From the NCBI RefSeq assembly GCF_006345805.1, contig NW_021834610.1:1-46289 (forward strand): 46,289 bases of DNA. The letters run 5' to 3'. The DNA comes from Octopus sinensis (Eukaryota). Shown in pieces: positions 11,301-23,139 of the stretch (the stretch's first letter is position 1; each line of letters opens with the position of its first letter). Under the pieces are notes generated by a model. It saw nothing but the letters and a program-made list of their open reading frames with translations. It was not told where the DNA came from and did no database searches. A program made the position numbers and the translations under genes.

Positions 11301-11687
11301 AACCACGTCTGGTTTTGGCCCCTTACTCCTCTACCGTTTTGACGTGGTGGCCCCTCCCCTTTCGGAGGTATCTTCAGCTCTGGTGTTGAGTGCATGCCTT
11401 CTTTCTCCTTCTTTCTTCTGTTCCCTGGCCTTTTCGATTTAGTGTCAACGAGTGTCAGCCGGCGACTGACTGTCTTGTCAAATTTCCCTTTAAATACCTT
11501 CTGCTAGGCTCCTGCAGGCAGCCCCAACAAGTTGTCATGTGACACTGTCTCAAATTTATAAATAAATATGTAAAGGTTAGTAGAGTTAGAGGTTGGAATA
11601 ACCGTCTATGGGATAAAAGTATCCTTTATACTACTGGTATAATTACCTATGTTATACCTATGTTATACTACCGGTATAATTTCCTAT

Positions 11688-11880
11688 AAGGCGGCGAGCT
11701 GGCAGAAATGTTAGCATGCCGGGCGAAATGCTTAGCAGTATTTCGTCTGCCGTTATGTTCTGAGTTCAAATTCCGCCGAGGTCGACTTTGCCTTTCATCC
11801 TTTCGGGGTCAATAAATTAAGTACCAGTTACGCACTGGGGTCGATGTAATCGACTTAATCCTTTTGTCTGTCCTTGTTTT
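11688..11880 (+). mobile_element. tRNA-headed SINE family D (Nin/Deu-like central domain), 3' end incomplete
   Basis: GGCGGCGAGCTGGCAGAA head, GAGTTCAAATTCC B box, CTTTGCCTTTCATCCTTTCGGGGTC.ATAAATTAAGTACCAG core. Near-TSD GGTATAATT(T/A)CCTAT. Confidence 0.85.
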
Positions 11881-12048
11881 AGGTATAATTACCTATGTTA
11901 ACATTGGTCATACAAGTGTATTATGCTCGTAGATTACAGGTAATGACAAAGATAAACATGAGTTTATCAGGAATCAAATCTGAAGTAAACAGAAAATGTT
12001 GATCGATATTTCTCCGTTTTCTGTTTACTTGAAATAAAAAAAGAAATT

Positions 12049-12336
12049 ATCATCATCATCATCATCGTTTAGTGTCTGCTTTCCATGCTAGCGTGGGTCG
12101 GACGGTTCAACTGGGGTCTGGGAAGTAAGGAGGCTGCACCAGGCCCAGTCTGATCTGGCAATGTTTCTACAGCTGGATGCCCTTCCTAACGCCAACCACT
12201 CTGAGAGTGTAGTGGGTGCTTTTTACGTGCCACCGACACAGGTGCGAGATGAGGCTGGCAAACGGCCACAATCGGAGGGTGCTTTTTATGTGCCACCGGC
12301 ATGAGGCCAGTCGGGGCGGCGCTGGCAACGGCCACA
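12049..12336 (-). mobile_element. Family E, 5'-truncated
   Basis: (CAT)n tail at left, conserved E 3' block, two internal units. Confidence 0.85.
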
Positions 12337-12947
12337 TTTGGATAAAATAAAGAAGCAATTAAGATAATCATTATTAAGGAGTTTATCTCCCCTGCTGTTC
12401 CACTCTCCCATCTGACCCTGTCTGTACCCATTTCACAGTCGAATAATTAGGCTGCTCTTGTCTTCGCTTGTCCCTGTGAGGCTGTTGCCTGACTCACTTG
12501 GAGTCAATCTCAAAAACCTATTTCAACACTAGAAAAACACTCGTTTATTCTTTATATACATTTAGCCAACCATGACTTGATTTTTTATCTCCCTACTGTG
12601 TCTCTTGAACCTGTTAGAAATAGCAGCCAAATCTCTCAAACCACACTCTATTCTTGTGACTCCTTAACTTTTTATTGCAAAAGGTTCCCCACCTTTGGTT
12701 TAAATATACGGACCACAATTCCACCGTTGGGATCTTTTTTAAAACCTTTTTCTATTACTCAAACAAAAAATAAATGAATCCAAAAAATATTTTTTCAAAC
12801 TTATTTCCATTACACTTGAGCAAAAAAAACGATAATTTAGGAATTTCTTTTTCTTCAAAAATCTTCTCCCCCACCCCCTTCGGAAAATTCCCCCACCCAC
12901 CCACAAATTTCTTTATAGTCGTAATGTATGCAGTTTTAAAGGTATTT

Positions 12948-13374
12948 ACTCTTTACTCTTTTACTCTTTTACTTGTTTCAGTCATTTGACTGCGGCCATG
13001 CTGGAGCACTGCCTTTTAGTCGAGCAAATCGACCCTGGGACTTATTTTTTGTAAGCCCAGTACTTATTCTATCAGTCTCTTTTGCCGAACTGCTAAGTGA
13101 TGGGGACGTAAACACACACCAGCATCGGTTGTCAAGCAATGCTAGGGGGACAAACACAGACACACAAACACACACACACATATACACATATATATATATA
13201 TACATATATACGACAGGCTTCTTTCAGTTTCTGTCTACCAAATCCACTCACAAGGCATTGGTCGGCCCGGGGCTATAGCAGAAGACATTTGCCCAAGATG
13301 CCACGCAGTGGGATTGAACCCAGAACCATGTGGCTGGTTAGCAAGCTACTTACCACACAGCCCCTCCTGCGCCT
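12948..13374 (-). mobile_element. SINE family A, full length
   Basis: Matches the family A sequence. Confidence 0.9.
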
Positions 13375-13640
13375 ATTTATATAATATTTCATTAAAGTTA
13401 TGAGGGAAAATATCGGATCTTGTGAATTTTCCGAAAGTCCTCTCCCCATCCCCCGGTTCGTTGACGCAAACTTTTGCTCTCATATTCGTTTAATACACAT
13501 TTTTTTTTACACCTATTACATTTTTTATTTTTTTTATTTAATGGTGACCAGGAGTTAAAGTAAACATTAACCGATGTTACTAATTAGTGACAAATCCATT
13601 TTCCTAACTTGATTACTCCACTGGAAAATATATAACGTAT

Positions 13641-13799
13641 CCCTTTTCTACTCTAGACACAAGGCCCGAAATTTGTTGGCAGTCGATTAGACCGACCCCA
13701 GTACACAACTGGTACTTAATTTATCTACCCCGAGAGGACGAAAGGCAAAGTCAACCTTGGCGGAATTTGGACTCAGAACATAAAGACAGATGAAATACC
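13641..13799 (-). mobile_element. SINE family D variant (alternative tail ...GGGCCTTGTGTCTAGAGTAGAAAAG)
   Basis: D core in reverse orientation. The same tail type occurs at ~8575, ~10010 and ~36155. Confidence 0.7.
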
Positions 13800-14199
13800 A
13801 ATTTCTTTATTGCCCACCAGGGGCCAAACATAGAAATGGACAACTGATGGGGTCAGTGAAGCGATATGGGGTAGAAAGGGCTCCTTAGCCGTAGTGAAGG
13901 CAATCTATCTAGGGAGATAACCTTACAATAAATCACTCGGTCCGTAGCTTAGAAATACTGGTTGACGTCCAGCAGGGACAGCTTTGTTTCATGGAGGAGG
14001 AAAGATCTTCTTTAGTACTTGGTTGTACAATGCTTTCCAATGTGTGTAGTAGTGGCGCACGCACACATTATTAGCCATTTGAAAAGACTATGAAAGTCTC
14101 GACCATGGTCGAACAATGATGATGATGATGATGAAGCGATATGATTTTACATATAATGTGACTTTAAAAATTTAGATACAATATATAAAAATCAAATGG

Positions 14200-14410
14200 A
14201 ATTAACAATACAAAAACAATACAAATGAAGCGATGATCAGGCCACGCTCCGACCCCACAAGCCCCGATCTACCGCGGATACCTTTTTTCTTCTTTTTTTC
14301 CCGTCTATTCACACGGTTCCTTGCACGCACAACATGCTTCCATCGCTTTTGGAACGTACGCTCCGACTGACACCTCTTCTCCAGCCACAAATGAAAGGAA
14401 AAAAATGATT
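14200..14410 (-). mobile_element. Probable Tx1/L1-clade LINE ORF2 C-terminal fragment
   Basis: FFSFHLWLEKRCQSERTFQKRWKHVV resembles the Tx1-type C-terminus (FF.FHL...R.ER.....F..RW). Confidence 0.45.
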
Positions 14411-14596
14411 GTAAGTTGTGGCCAGAGATAAAGTTGCCTGCCTTAATTCCTTTGCTAAACATTTTGCTTGGTGTGCTAACATTTCTGCCAGTTTGCCACC
14501 TTATGACATTAATAACATTGTGGCATCACTTTTTAAAATGTTATCTGGACGATACACCTCAGCTTCACAGCGTAAGTGTACATTCATAAACATTAA

Positions 14597-15232
14597 CATC
14601 GTTCATCGTTTAGCGTCCGCTTTCCATGCTGGCATGGGTTGGACGGTTCAACTGGGGTCTGGGAAGCCAAAAGGCTGCACCAGGCCCAGTCTGATCTGGC
14701 AATGTTTCTACGGCTGGATGCCCTTCCTAAAGCCAACCACTCCATAAGTGTAGTGGGTACTTTTTACGTGCCACCAGCACAGGTGCCAGATGAGGCTGGC
14801 AAATGGCCACGATAGGATGGTGCTTTTTACGTGCCACCGGTTCGGAGGCCAGGCGAGGCTGGCAACAGCCACGATTGGATGGTGCTTTTTACATTCACAC
14901 GCTTTGGCTGCTATTTCTAACAGGTCAAACAACTATGTGAAACAAAATCTGCAAATTAAAGACAGTCAGTCAAATATCATCATCATCATTTAGCGCCCGC
15001 TTTCCATGCTAGCATGGGTTGGGAAGCAGGGGTCTGGGAAGCCAAAAGGCTGCACCAGGCCCAGTCTGATCTGGCAATGTTTCTACAGCTGGATGCCCTT
15101 CCTAATGCCAACCACTCCATGAGTGTAGTGGGTGATTTTTACTTGCCACCAGCACAGGTGCCAGATGAGGCTGGCAAGTGACCACGATAGGATGGTGCTT
15201 TTTACATGCCACCAGCTTGGAGGCCAGGCAAG
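14597..15232 (-). mobile_element. Two tandem family E copies (14597-14893, 14977-15232)
   Basis: Both carry E 3' blocks and share private variants (GAAGCCAAAAGG, CCAGCACAGGTGCCAGATGAGG, CCACGATAGGATGG). Confidence 0.85.
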
Positions 15233-15254
15233 ACGGAGAACAATTTCAGGCAAG

Positions 15255-15525
15255 AGGATAAATCTTCTTGTCGTTCATGAATGGGTGAATGCCCACTTCC
15301 TCAGGAGATGGATGGGTCATGGGGATCCACATGAGTGACCAGCTAGGAGTCCTTTCTTAAAACTCTGTGACTCCCTTCTTTGGGGTTGGTTGAAGGAACA
15401 AGTCTACTGTACCAAACCAAAGACTTTGGAAGAACTTGAAGGGCAAATACGAGAAGTTATGTCTTCTTGCATCCCACAAGTGTTTCTGGTGAAATCAAAT
15501 GATGCAATTCCTGGGTGACTCAAAC
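15255..15525 (+). mobile_element. Tc1/mariner-superfamily transposase C-terminal fragment
   Basis: VHEWVNAHFLRRWMGHG..*PARSP.L..CDSLLWGWLKEQVYCTKPKTLEEL resembles the WP.RSPDL.PCDFFLWG.LK..VY motif. Confidence 0.75.
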
Positions 15526-15695
15526 GTGACACTGAACCCAGAACCATGTGGTTGGGAGGCAAGCTTCTTTCCACACAGCCACATTTTCTGTGATCATGAC
15601 AGTAAGTCCCTGAGCAAGGAAACAAAAAAAAAATACATTCCAACTGAAGCAAAGAGTCACAAAGTGCCATGAGCAGAAATCGAAACCCTTGCTAT

Positions 15696-16099
15696 ACTCT
15701 TTTACTCTTTTACTTGTTTCAGTCATTTGACTGTGGCCATGCTGGAGCACCACCTTTAATCGAGCAAATCGACCCCGGGACTTATTCTTTGTAAGCCCAG
15801 TACTTATTCTATCGGTCTCTTTTTGCCGAACCGCTAAGTGACGGGGACGTAAACAAACCAGCATCGGTTGTCAAGCGATGGTGGGGAGACAAACACAGAC
15901 ATACAAACATATACACACATACATATATATATACATATATACAACAGGCTTCTTTCAGTTTCCGTCTACCAAATCCACTCACAAGGCATTGGTCGGCCCG
16001 AGGCTATAGCAGAAGACACTTGCCCAAGATGCCATGCAGTGGGACTGAACCCGGAACCGTGTGGTTGGTAGACAAGCTACTTACCACACAGCCACTCCT
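15696..16099 (-). mobile_element. SINE family A, full length
   Basis: Matches the family A sequence. Confidence 0.9.
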
Positions 16100-16319
16100 A
16101 TTGGCCAACATCTAACCCCACTCTATGCCACTCGCTGCCAGTGTCAAAGTACAGAAATGCCACCAGTTCATGATATAAGTGTTAGAAAGCGCCCTCTTCA
16201 GGACGCTTTGCAAACTAATTGTATTCTTAGATATTACTTTCCATGTTCAATAGAGTATTTTTTTTTCTTTATTGATTACCCATAATATTTGTAACAACAA
16301 TAACAGCAATATTAATGGT

Positions 16320-16360
16320 TTTGCTGTTGTTGTTACTACTACCACTATTGCTGCTACTGT

Positions 16361-16405
<45 letters not shown>

Positions 16406-16985
16406 CACCACCACCACCACCATTACTAAACCTACTACTACTACTACTACCACCACCACCACCATTACTAAACCTACTACTACTACTACTACCACCACCA
16501 CCACCATTACTAAACCTACTACTACTACTACTACCACCACCACCACCATTACTAAACCTACTACTACTACCACCACCACTGCCACTACGCCCCGTAACTG
16601 CTACCACTGCTTCTACCATCACCACCATTACTCCTCCTCTTATTACTACTAGCACCGCCACCACCACAACTACTACTATTACTACTACCACCACCACTGC
16701 CACTACTACTACTACCCCCATAACTGCTACCACTGCTTCTACCACCACCACCACCACCATTACTCCTCTTATTATTACTACTAGCACCGCCACTACCACC
16801 ACTACTACTACTCCTACTACTACTACTATTACTACTACCACCACCACTGCCACTACTACTACTACCCCCCCATAACTGCTACCACTGCTTCTACCACCAC
16901 CACCACCATTACTCCTCCTCTTATTATTACTACTAGCACCGCCACCACTACCACCACTAGTACTACTCCTACTTCTACTACTAAT
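16320..16985. repeat. Compound (ACT)/(ACC) microsatellite with higher-order units
   Basis: ACCATTACTAAACCT(ACT)n(ACC)n occurs four times, followed by a ~125-bp unit about three times. Confidence 0.9.
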
Positions 16986-17214
16986 CATAATTGTAATTAA
17001 TAATTGTAATAATGATGGTGAGATTTAATTTCCTTTAATCAGTTCCTCTCATTTGGGAAAGGTGGAGAAAGAAGAAGGAAAGAAAATGTGAAAGTGTTTT
17101 ATTGATCTGTGATTATTGGCCCTCGAAAGATGACAATGGAAAGGTGATCAATGATATCAGCTGTGACAGGATCAGATCAATAACAGATATTCACTGCAGA
17201 CCATAAAATAAATC

Positions 17215-17990
17215 ATCACCACCATCATCATCATCATCATTGCCATTGTCATCGTCATCGTTATCAGCATCATCATCATCATTGCCATTGTCATCGTCAT
17301 CATTATCAGCATCATCATCCCCATTGTCATCATCGTCATCATCATCTTCATTATCATCATCAGCAGTGGTGGCATCATCACCACCATCATCAGCATATAC
17401 CTTTACTACCCACAAGGGGCTAAACGTATAGGGGACAAACAAGGACTGACAAATGGATAAAGTCGATTATATCGACCCCAGTGCGTAACTGGTACTTAAT
17501 TTATCGACCCCGAAAGGATGAAAGGCAAAGTCAACCCTGGTGAAATTTGAACTCAAAACGTAGCGACAGACGAAATACCGCTAAGCATTTTGCCCAGTGT
17601 GCTAACGTTTCTACCAGCTCGCCGCCTTCTCATCAGCATATACCGCCTCCTCCTCCTCCTCCTCATTATCACCACCACCACCATCTCCATTATCATCATC
17701 ACCATCATCGCCACCATTATCATCATCATCATTATCATCATCGTTGTTGTCGTCATTGTCATCATCATCATCGGCAGCGGTGGCGTCATCACCACCATCA
17801 TCTGCATATTCCTCCTTCTCCTCCTCATCATCATCATCACCACCACCATCTCCATTATCAACATCACCATCATCACCACCATTATCATCATCATTATTGT
17901 CATCGTTGTTGTCGTCATCGTCATCATCATCATCATCAGCAGCAGCAGCATCAGTATCATCACTGTCATCATCACCAAGCAGTGGTATAT
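17215..17990. repeat. Compound (CAT)-based microsatellite with ~165-bp higher-order duplication
   Basis: Repeated GCAGCGGTGGCGTCATCACCACCATCATC-type and CACCACCATCTCCATTATC blocks. Confidence 0.85.
17401..17629 (-). mobile_element. SINE family D, full length
   Basis: 14-bp TSD TCATCAGCATATAC at 17387-17400 and 17630-17643. Confidence 0.9.
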
Positions 17991-18069
17991 GACAAGCATA
18001 AGCACAAACACACAAACACACATATATATGTGGATGTATGTATGTATGTATGTATCTATCTATCTATCT

Positions 18070-18327
18070 CAGCCTCGTCTGGCCTCCGTGCCGGTGGCAC
18101 GTAAAAAGCACCATCCGAGCATGGCCGTTTGCCAGCCTCGTCTGGCACCTGTGTCGGTGGCACATAAAAAGCACCCACTACACTCACGGAGTGGTTGGCG
18201 TTAGGAAGGGCATCCAGCCATAGAAACATTGCCAGATCAGACTGGGCCTGGTTGCAGCCTTCTGGCTTCCCAGACCCCAGCGGATGTTAAACGATGTTAA
18301 TGATGATGATGATGATGATGATGATGA
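18070..18327 (+). mobile_element. Family E, 5'-truncated
   Basis: Internal units, E 3' block, (ATG)n tail. Confidence 0.85.
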
Positions 18328-18340
18328 TATATATATAAAT

Positions 18341-18535
18341 TGTTTCAACTTATATATGTCACTTCAAGGTTATGGTTTAAAGATAGACGAAATTCCGTGT
18401 GAAATTGCGTCTATCTTTAAACCATAACCCTCCCTGAAGTGACTTATATATATATATATATATATATTTAAGGGAACTGTTATTGTGTGTATATATATAT
18501 CAGAAAATGTATATAAGTCGAAACATTTTGTTGGC
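18341..18535 (+). mobile_element. Foldback with hammerhead-like motif, probable Penelope-like inverted terminus
   Basis: Perfect 22-bp inverted repeat 18368-18389/18408-18429 plus GTCACTTCA/TGAAGTGAC. CTGAAGT 18434-18440, helix II GACTTATATA/TATATAAGTC, GAAAC 18520-18524. Confidence 0.5.
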
Positions 18536-18904
18536 TTTTTATGTTTTCTTTTTAATAATTGTTTATATTATATTATATTCATAGTATATCATATAATATT
18601 ATAATATAAATAAATTATTGGATTGTCAATAATATCTCTCTAATTTATATATATATACATATGTATGTATTACATATATGTAAATAGTAAGGAATTTCTC
18701 CAATCGCTCAGCAGTTTGCTCTTGGTTAGTTATTTAAAATGGGTTAATCATCAGTTAGTAAATAAATCCGGTCATAATCCTTGTATGATAAGAATTTAGA
18801 GATATATTCTGTTGGATTATTCTAAATATATTACCTTTAACTGTATAGGATTCCTAGAGTTTTTAAGATGCTTGCGTATGAGAAAATCTACTTTTATTCA
18901 ATAT

Positions 18905-19301
18905 TTTTTTTTTAGAAGCACTCCGTTGGTTACGACGACAAGGATTCCGGTTGGTCCGAATCAACGGAACAGCCTGCTTGTGAAATTAACGTGTAAGTGG
19001 CTGAGCGCTCCACAGACACGTGTACCCTTAACGTAGTTCTCGGGGATATTCAGCGTGACACAGAGAGTGACAAGGCCGGCCTGCCCTTTGAAATACAGGT
19101 ACAACAGAAACAGGAAGTAAGAGTGAGAGAAAGTTTGTGGTGAAAGAGTACAGCAGGGATCACCACCATCCCCTGCCGGAGCCTCGTGGAACTTTAGGTG
19201 TTTTTGCCCAATAAACACTCACAACGCCCCGGTCTGGGAATCGAAACCGCGATCGTATGACCACGAGTCCGCTGCCCTAACCACTGGGCCATTGCGCCTC
19301 C
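18905..19301 (-). mobile_element. SINE family B, full length, A-rich tail
   Basis: 15-bp TSD ACTTTTATTCAATAT at 18890-18904 and 19302-19316. Confidence 0.92.
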
Positions 19302-19488
19302 ACTTTTATTCAATATAAATGAGTTATAAATATTTAAACAATGTAATTTTTATGAAATAACTGACTATAAGGAATAAATGTGTGATTACCCAATCAGTAC
19401 TTGGAACTGAAGATATTTCACCTCTAAATGAATGTACGACTCCACATCATTGAATGCAGAGGAAATCAGATAAAACTTTAACCAATTA

Positions 19489-19884
19489 GGCGCAGGAGTG
19501 GCTGTGTGGTAAGTAGCTTGTTTACCAACCACATGGTTCCGGGTTCAGTCCCACTGCGTGGCACCTTGGGCAAGTGTCTTCTACTATAGCCTCGGGCCGA
19601 CCAAAGCCTTGTGAGTGGATTTGGTAGACGGAAACTGAAAGAAGCCTGTCGTATATATATGTATATATATATATGTGTGTGTGTGTATGTCTGTGTTTGT
19701 CCCCCTAGCATTGCTTGACAACCGATGCTGGTGTGTTTACGTCCCCTTTACTTAGCGGTTCGGCAAAAGAGACCGATAGAATAAGTACTGGGCTTACAAA
19801 AGAATAAGTCCCGGGGTCAAGTTGCTCGATTAAAGGCGGTGCTCCAGCATGGCCGCAGTCAAATGACTGAAACAAGTAAAAGAA
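19489..19884 (+). mobile_element. SINE family A flanked by ~123-bp direct repeats
   Basis: Direct repeats at 19366-19488 and 19885-20008 abut both ends. Confidence 0.9.
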
Positions 19885-20076
19885 TATAAGGAATAAATGA
19901 GTGATTATCCTATCAGTTCTTGGAACTGAAGATATTGTACCTCTAAATGAATGTACGACTCCACATCATTGAATGCAGAGGAAATTAGCATAAAACTTTA
20001 ACCAATTAAATCTCAAAGGATGCCCAGCCTGGCTGAAACCAGCTCTGGTTCTGTAGTACAGATGTCTTGTTTTCAT

Positions 20077-20379
20077 CATCATCATCATCATCGTTTAACG
20101 TCCGCTTTCCATGCTAGCATGGGTTGGACGGTTCGACCGGGGATCTGGGAAGCCAGAAGGCTGCACTAGGCTTCGGTCTTATCTGGCAGTGTTTCTACAG
20201 CTTGATGCCCTTCCTAACGCCAACCACTCCGTGAGTGTAGTGGGTGCTTTTTACGTGCCACCTGCACTGGTGCCAGGCAAGGCTGGCATCGGCCATGGTC
20301 GGATTGGTGCATTTTACGTGCCACCTGCACGGAAGCCAGTCGAGGCGGCACTGGCATTGGCCACGATTCGGATGGTGGT
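20077..20379 (-). mobile_element. Family E inserted into a family G MITE remnant
   Basis: 7-bp TSD TTTTCAT at 20070-20076 and 20380-20386. G sequence continues on both sides. Confidence 0.85.
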
Positions 20380-20759
20380 TTTTCATAAGTTTGGAAATTA
20401 AAATCTTCCACCAAACCTTAATAACTTGCCCAAGGTGACTCCACGCAGTGGGACTGAACCCAGAACCATGTGGTTGGGAAGCAAGCTCCTTACACACAGC
20501 CACACCTGCATCTGTTATTAGCAAATCCATATGGATTACGTTAAAAACCTACTTTCGTTTTCTGTTACCTTTTTTTTTTCCTTTTTAGCTCGGCTCCAGG
20601 TTAAATCTGAGTTAATTAAGGTGATGGATATTCACAAGAGGCCAGGTGGGTGGGGGATCCGAGCAAACAAGTGAACTCCATTCAGCTTCAAATGTTTGGT
20701 TTTGTGTTGCTTGTTGCTGCATCGATTTGCATCACTGTTTAATGTCACCCCTCCTACCA

Positions 20760-21400
20760 CTACTCTCCCTCCCTCTCTCTCTTTGTCTCTCTCTCTCTTT
20801 GTCTTTCTCTCTTTGTCTCTCTCTCCCTCTCTTTTTCTCTCTCTCTCTTTGTCTTTCTCTCTTTGTCTCTCTCTCTCTTTCTTTGTCTCTTTCCCTGTCC
20901 ATTCTCTGATTCAGTGTTTATTTTATTGTTATATATATATATATATATGTCGGTCAATGAAAGTACAGTGGAACAGAATAATGATGATGATGATGGTAAT
21001 AATAATGATAATAGTAATAATAATAGTAATAATAATAACAATAATAATAATAACAATAATAATAATAATAATAATAATAATAGTAATAACAATAATAATA
21101 ATAATAATAATAATAATAGTAATAACAATAACAATAATAACAATAATAATAATAATAATAATAATAACAATAATAACGATAATAATAACAATAATAATAA
21201 TAATGAAAGCAGCAACATTTGATAATAATAGTAATAATAATCCTTTCTAATGTACTGCTGTGGCTACTACTACTACTACTACTACTAGTAGTAGTAGTAG
21301 TAGTTTAGAAGAAGAATAAAGACAACAACAATGATGTGGATAATGATAATGATAACGATGATGATAATAATGCTAACGACAACAACAACAAACAATAATA
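20760..21400. repeat. Compound microsatellite block: (CT)/(CTTTGT), (AAT)n, (ACT)/(AGT)
   Basis: Direct inspection. Confidence 0.95.
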
Positions 21401-21744
21401 ATAGTGCAAACCTACAATGTTGCCTTATTGATCGCGGGGCCTTGTCGGATTGTGTAACAGAGCCATCATACTGTTTCCATAACTTGAATGCATTTGAGTA
21501 TTGTGCTGTTCAATCAACACATCGATTTCTGGGTTTTTTGTTGTTTTCATTTTTAAAGCGTGGACTCACAATGGGTTTCTGCTTTATGCACAAACACACA
21601 CATACACACACGCGCATACACACTAACACACATTCCTGTGTGTGTGTGCAAGAATTGAACCTAAAAAGTCATGTCTGTACTCTACACGCAACCCGATACA
21701 ATACATGCCGACACCAATATATGTAAAATACATAAGTAGACCAT

Positions 21745-22023
21745 ATATGTGTGTGTACACACGCACGCACACACACGCACACACACCCGTGCACACACAC
21801 ACACACACACGCACACACACACGCACACACACCCCGTGCAACACACACACACGCACACACACACACACACACGCACACACACACATGCACACCACAGCAC
21901 ACACACACACACACACGCACACACACACACACATGCACACACACAAACACACACACACACACGCACACACACACACACCCGTGCACACACACACACACAC
22001 ACACACGCACACACACACACCGT

Positions 22024-22053
<30 letters not shown>
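21745..22053. repeat. Long interrupted (CA)n microsatellite
   Basis: ~300 bp of CA repeats with recurrent CCCGTGCA and CGCA interruptions. Confidence 0.95.
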
Positions 22054-22057
<4 letters not shown>

Positions 22058-22060
22058 ATA

Positions 22061-22790
22061 CAGGGTGCAATGGGTAAATTGTCGCCGTTTTATATTTTTA
22101 ATTTTGTGCATGTGCATTGTTTGTTTTTGATTTTGTCAACTACATAGTATAGTAGGGTCAGTTGGGCACTGTCTGTGAGAAAAACAGCACCATGATGCTA
22201 TTCACTCTGCCAGAAATTTGGAAACGACGTGCTGTACTGCTTGGCATTCATGCCGGAAGCTCTAATACACACATTTCAGAGTGTTTTGGTGTCAATGTGA
22301 GGATAGTGCAATCTGAGGACATGTACCGAGAGTGATAAAAATCAAACATCCAGTCAACATCACGGTGTTTGGAGTGATCACTAGTGATGGTGATGTTATG
22401 CCTCCATTCATCTTCCCACATAGTCTCAGACACAACATCGAGGCCTACATCAAGTGCCTGGAGGAGGTGGTGCTGCCCTAGGTCAAGAGGATGGCTGTTG
22501 GAAGACCCAGTGTCTGGCAACAGGACTCTGCGCCATGCCACACAACTAGGAGAACCCAGTCATGGTTGTCGGACAATCTCTGTGACCACAACACCCCTAA
22601 CATCTGGCCAACTAACTCCCCAGACTGCAACCCCCTTGATTATTATGTGTGGGGCGCAGTTGAGCGAGAGACCAACAAAACTCCTTGTAACACCAAAGAT
22701 GAACTGAAGGATTATGGCAGCATTCAACAATTTAAACAAGGAGACTGTCCAGAAGAGTTGTGGGAGATTAGGGCAAGGGAAACATCTCAA
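22061..22790 (+). mobile_element. maT-type (DD37D) Tc1/mariner element, internally deleted, 3' end lost
   Basis: TA-CAGGGTG terminus at 22059-22067. QQD-SAPCH...WPTNSPDCNPL-D with 37 residues between the two aspartates. In-frame stop. Confidence 0.85.
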
Positions 22791-22802
22791 GTTGTATACA
22801 AT

Positions 22803-23130
22803 TTAGGAGCACTCCGTCGGTTACGACGATGAGGGTCCCAGCTGATACGATCAACGGAACAGCCTGCTCGTGAAATTAACGTGCAAGTGGCTGAGCAATC
22901 CACAGACACGTGTACCCTTAACGTAGTTCTCAGGGAGATTCAGCGTGACACACAGTGTGACAAGGCCGGCCCTTTGAAATACAGGTACAACTCATTTTTG
23001 CCAGCTGAATGAACTGGAGCAACATGAAATAAAGTGTCTTGCTCAAGGACACAACGCGTCGCTTGGAATCGAACTCACGACCTTACAATCGTGAGCCGAA
23101 TGCCCTAACCACTAAGCCACGCGCCTTCAC
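22803..23130 (-). mobile_element. tRNA-headed SINE family C (shares its 3' half with family B)
   Basis: Head GGCGCGTGGCTTAGTGG...GAGTTCGATTCC, central GTTGTGTCCTTGAGCAAGACACTTT (Meta/V-like domain), B-type 3' half. 10-bp TSD TGTATACAAT at 22793-22802 and 23131-23140. Confidence 0.85.
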
Positions 23131-23139
23131 TGTATACAA

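Noticed and set aside
16269-18204. Long low-complexity ORFs (poly-T/V/H/D/L) as genes
   Set aside because: Open in several frames on both strands because the triplet repeats lack stops. No domain or splice support.
21623-22147. His/Thr- or Cys/Val-rich ORFs
   Set aside because: Translations of (CA)n.
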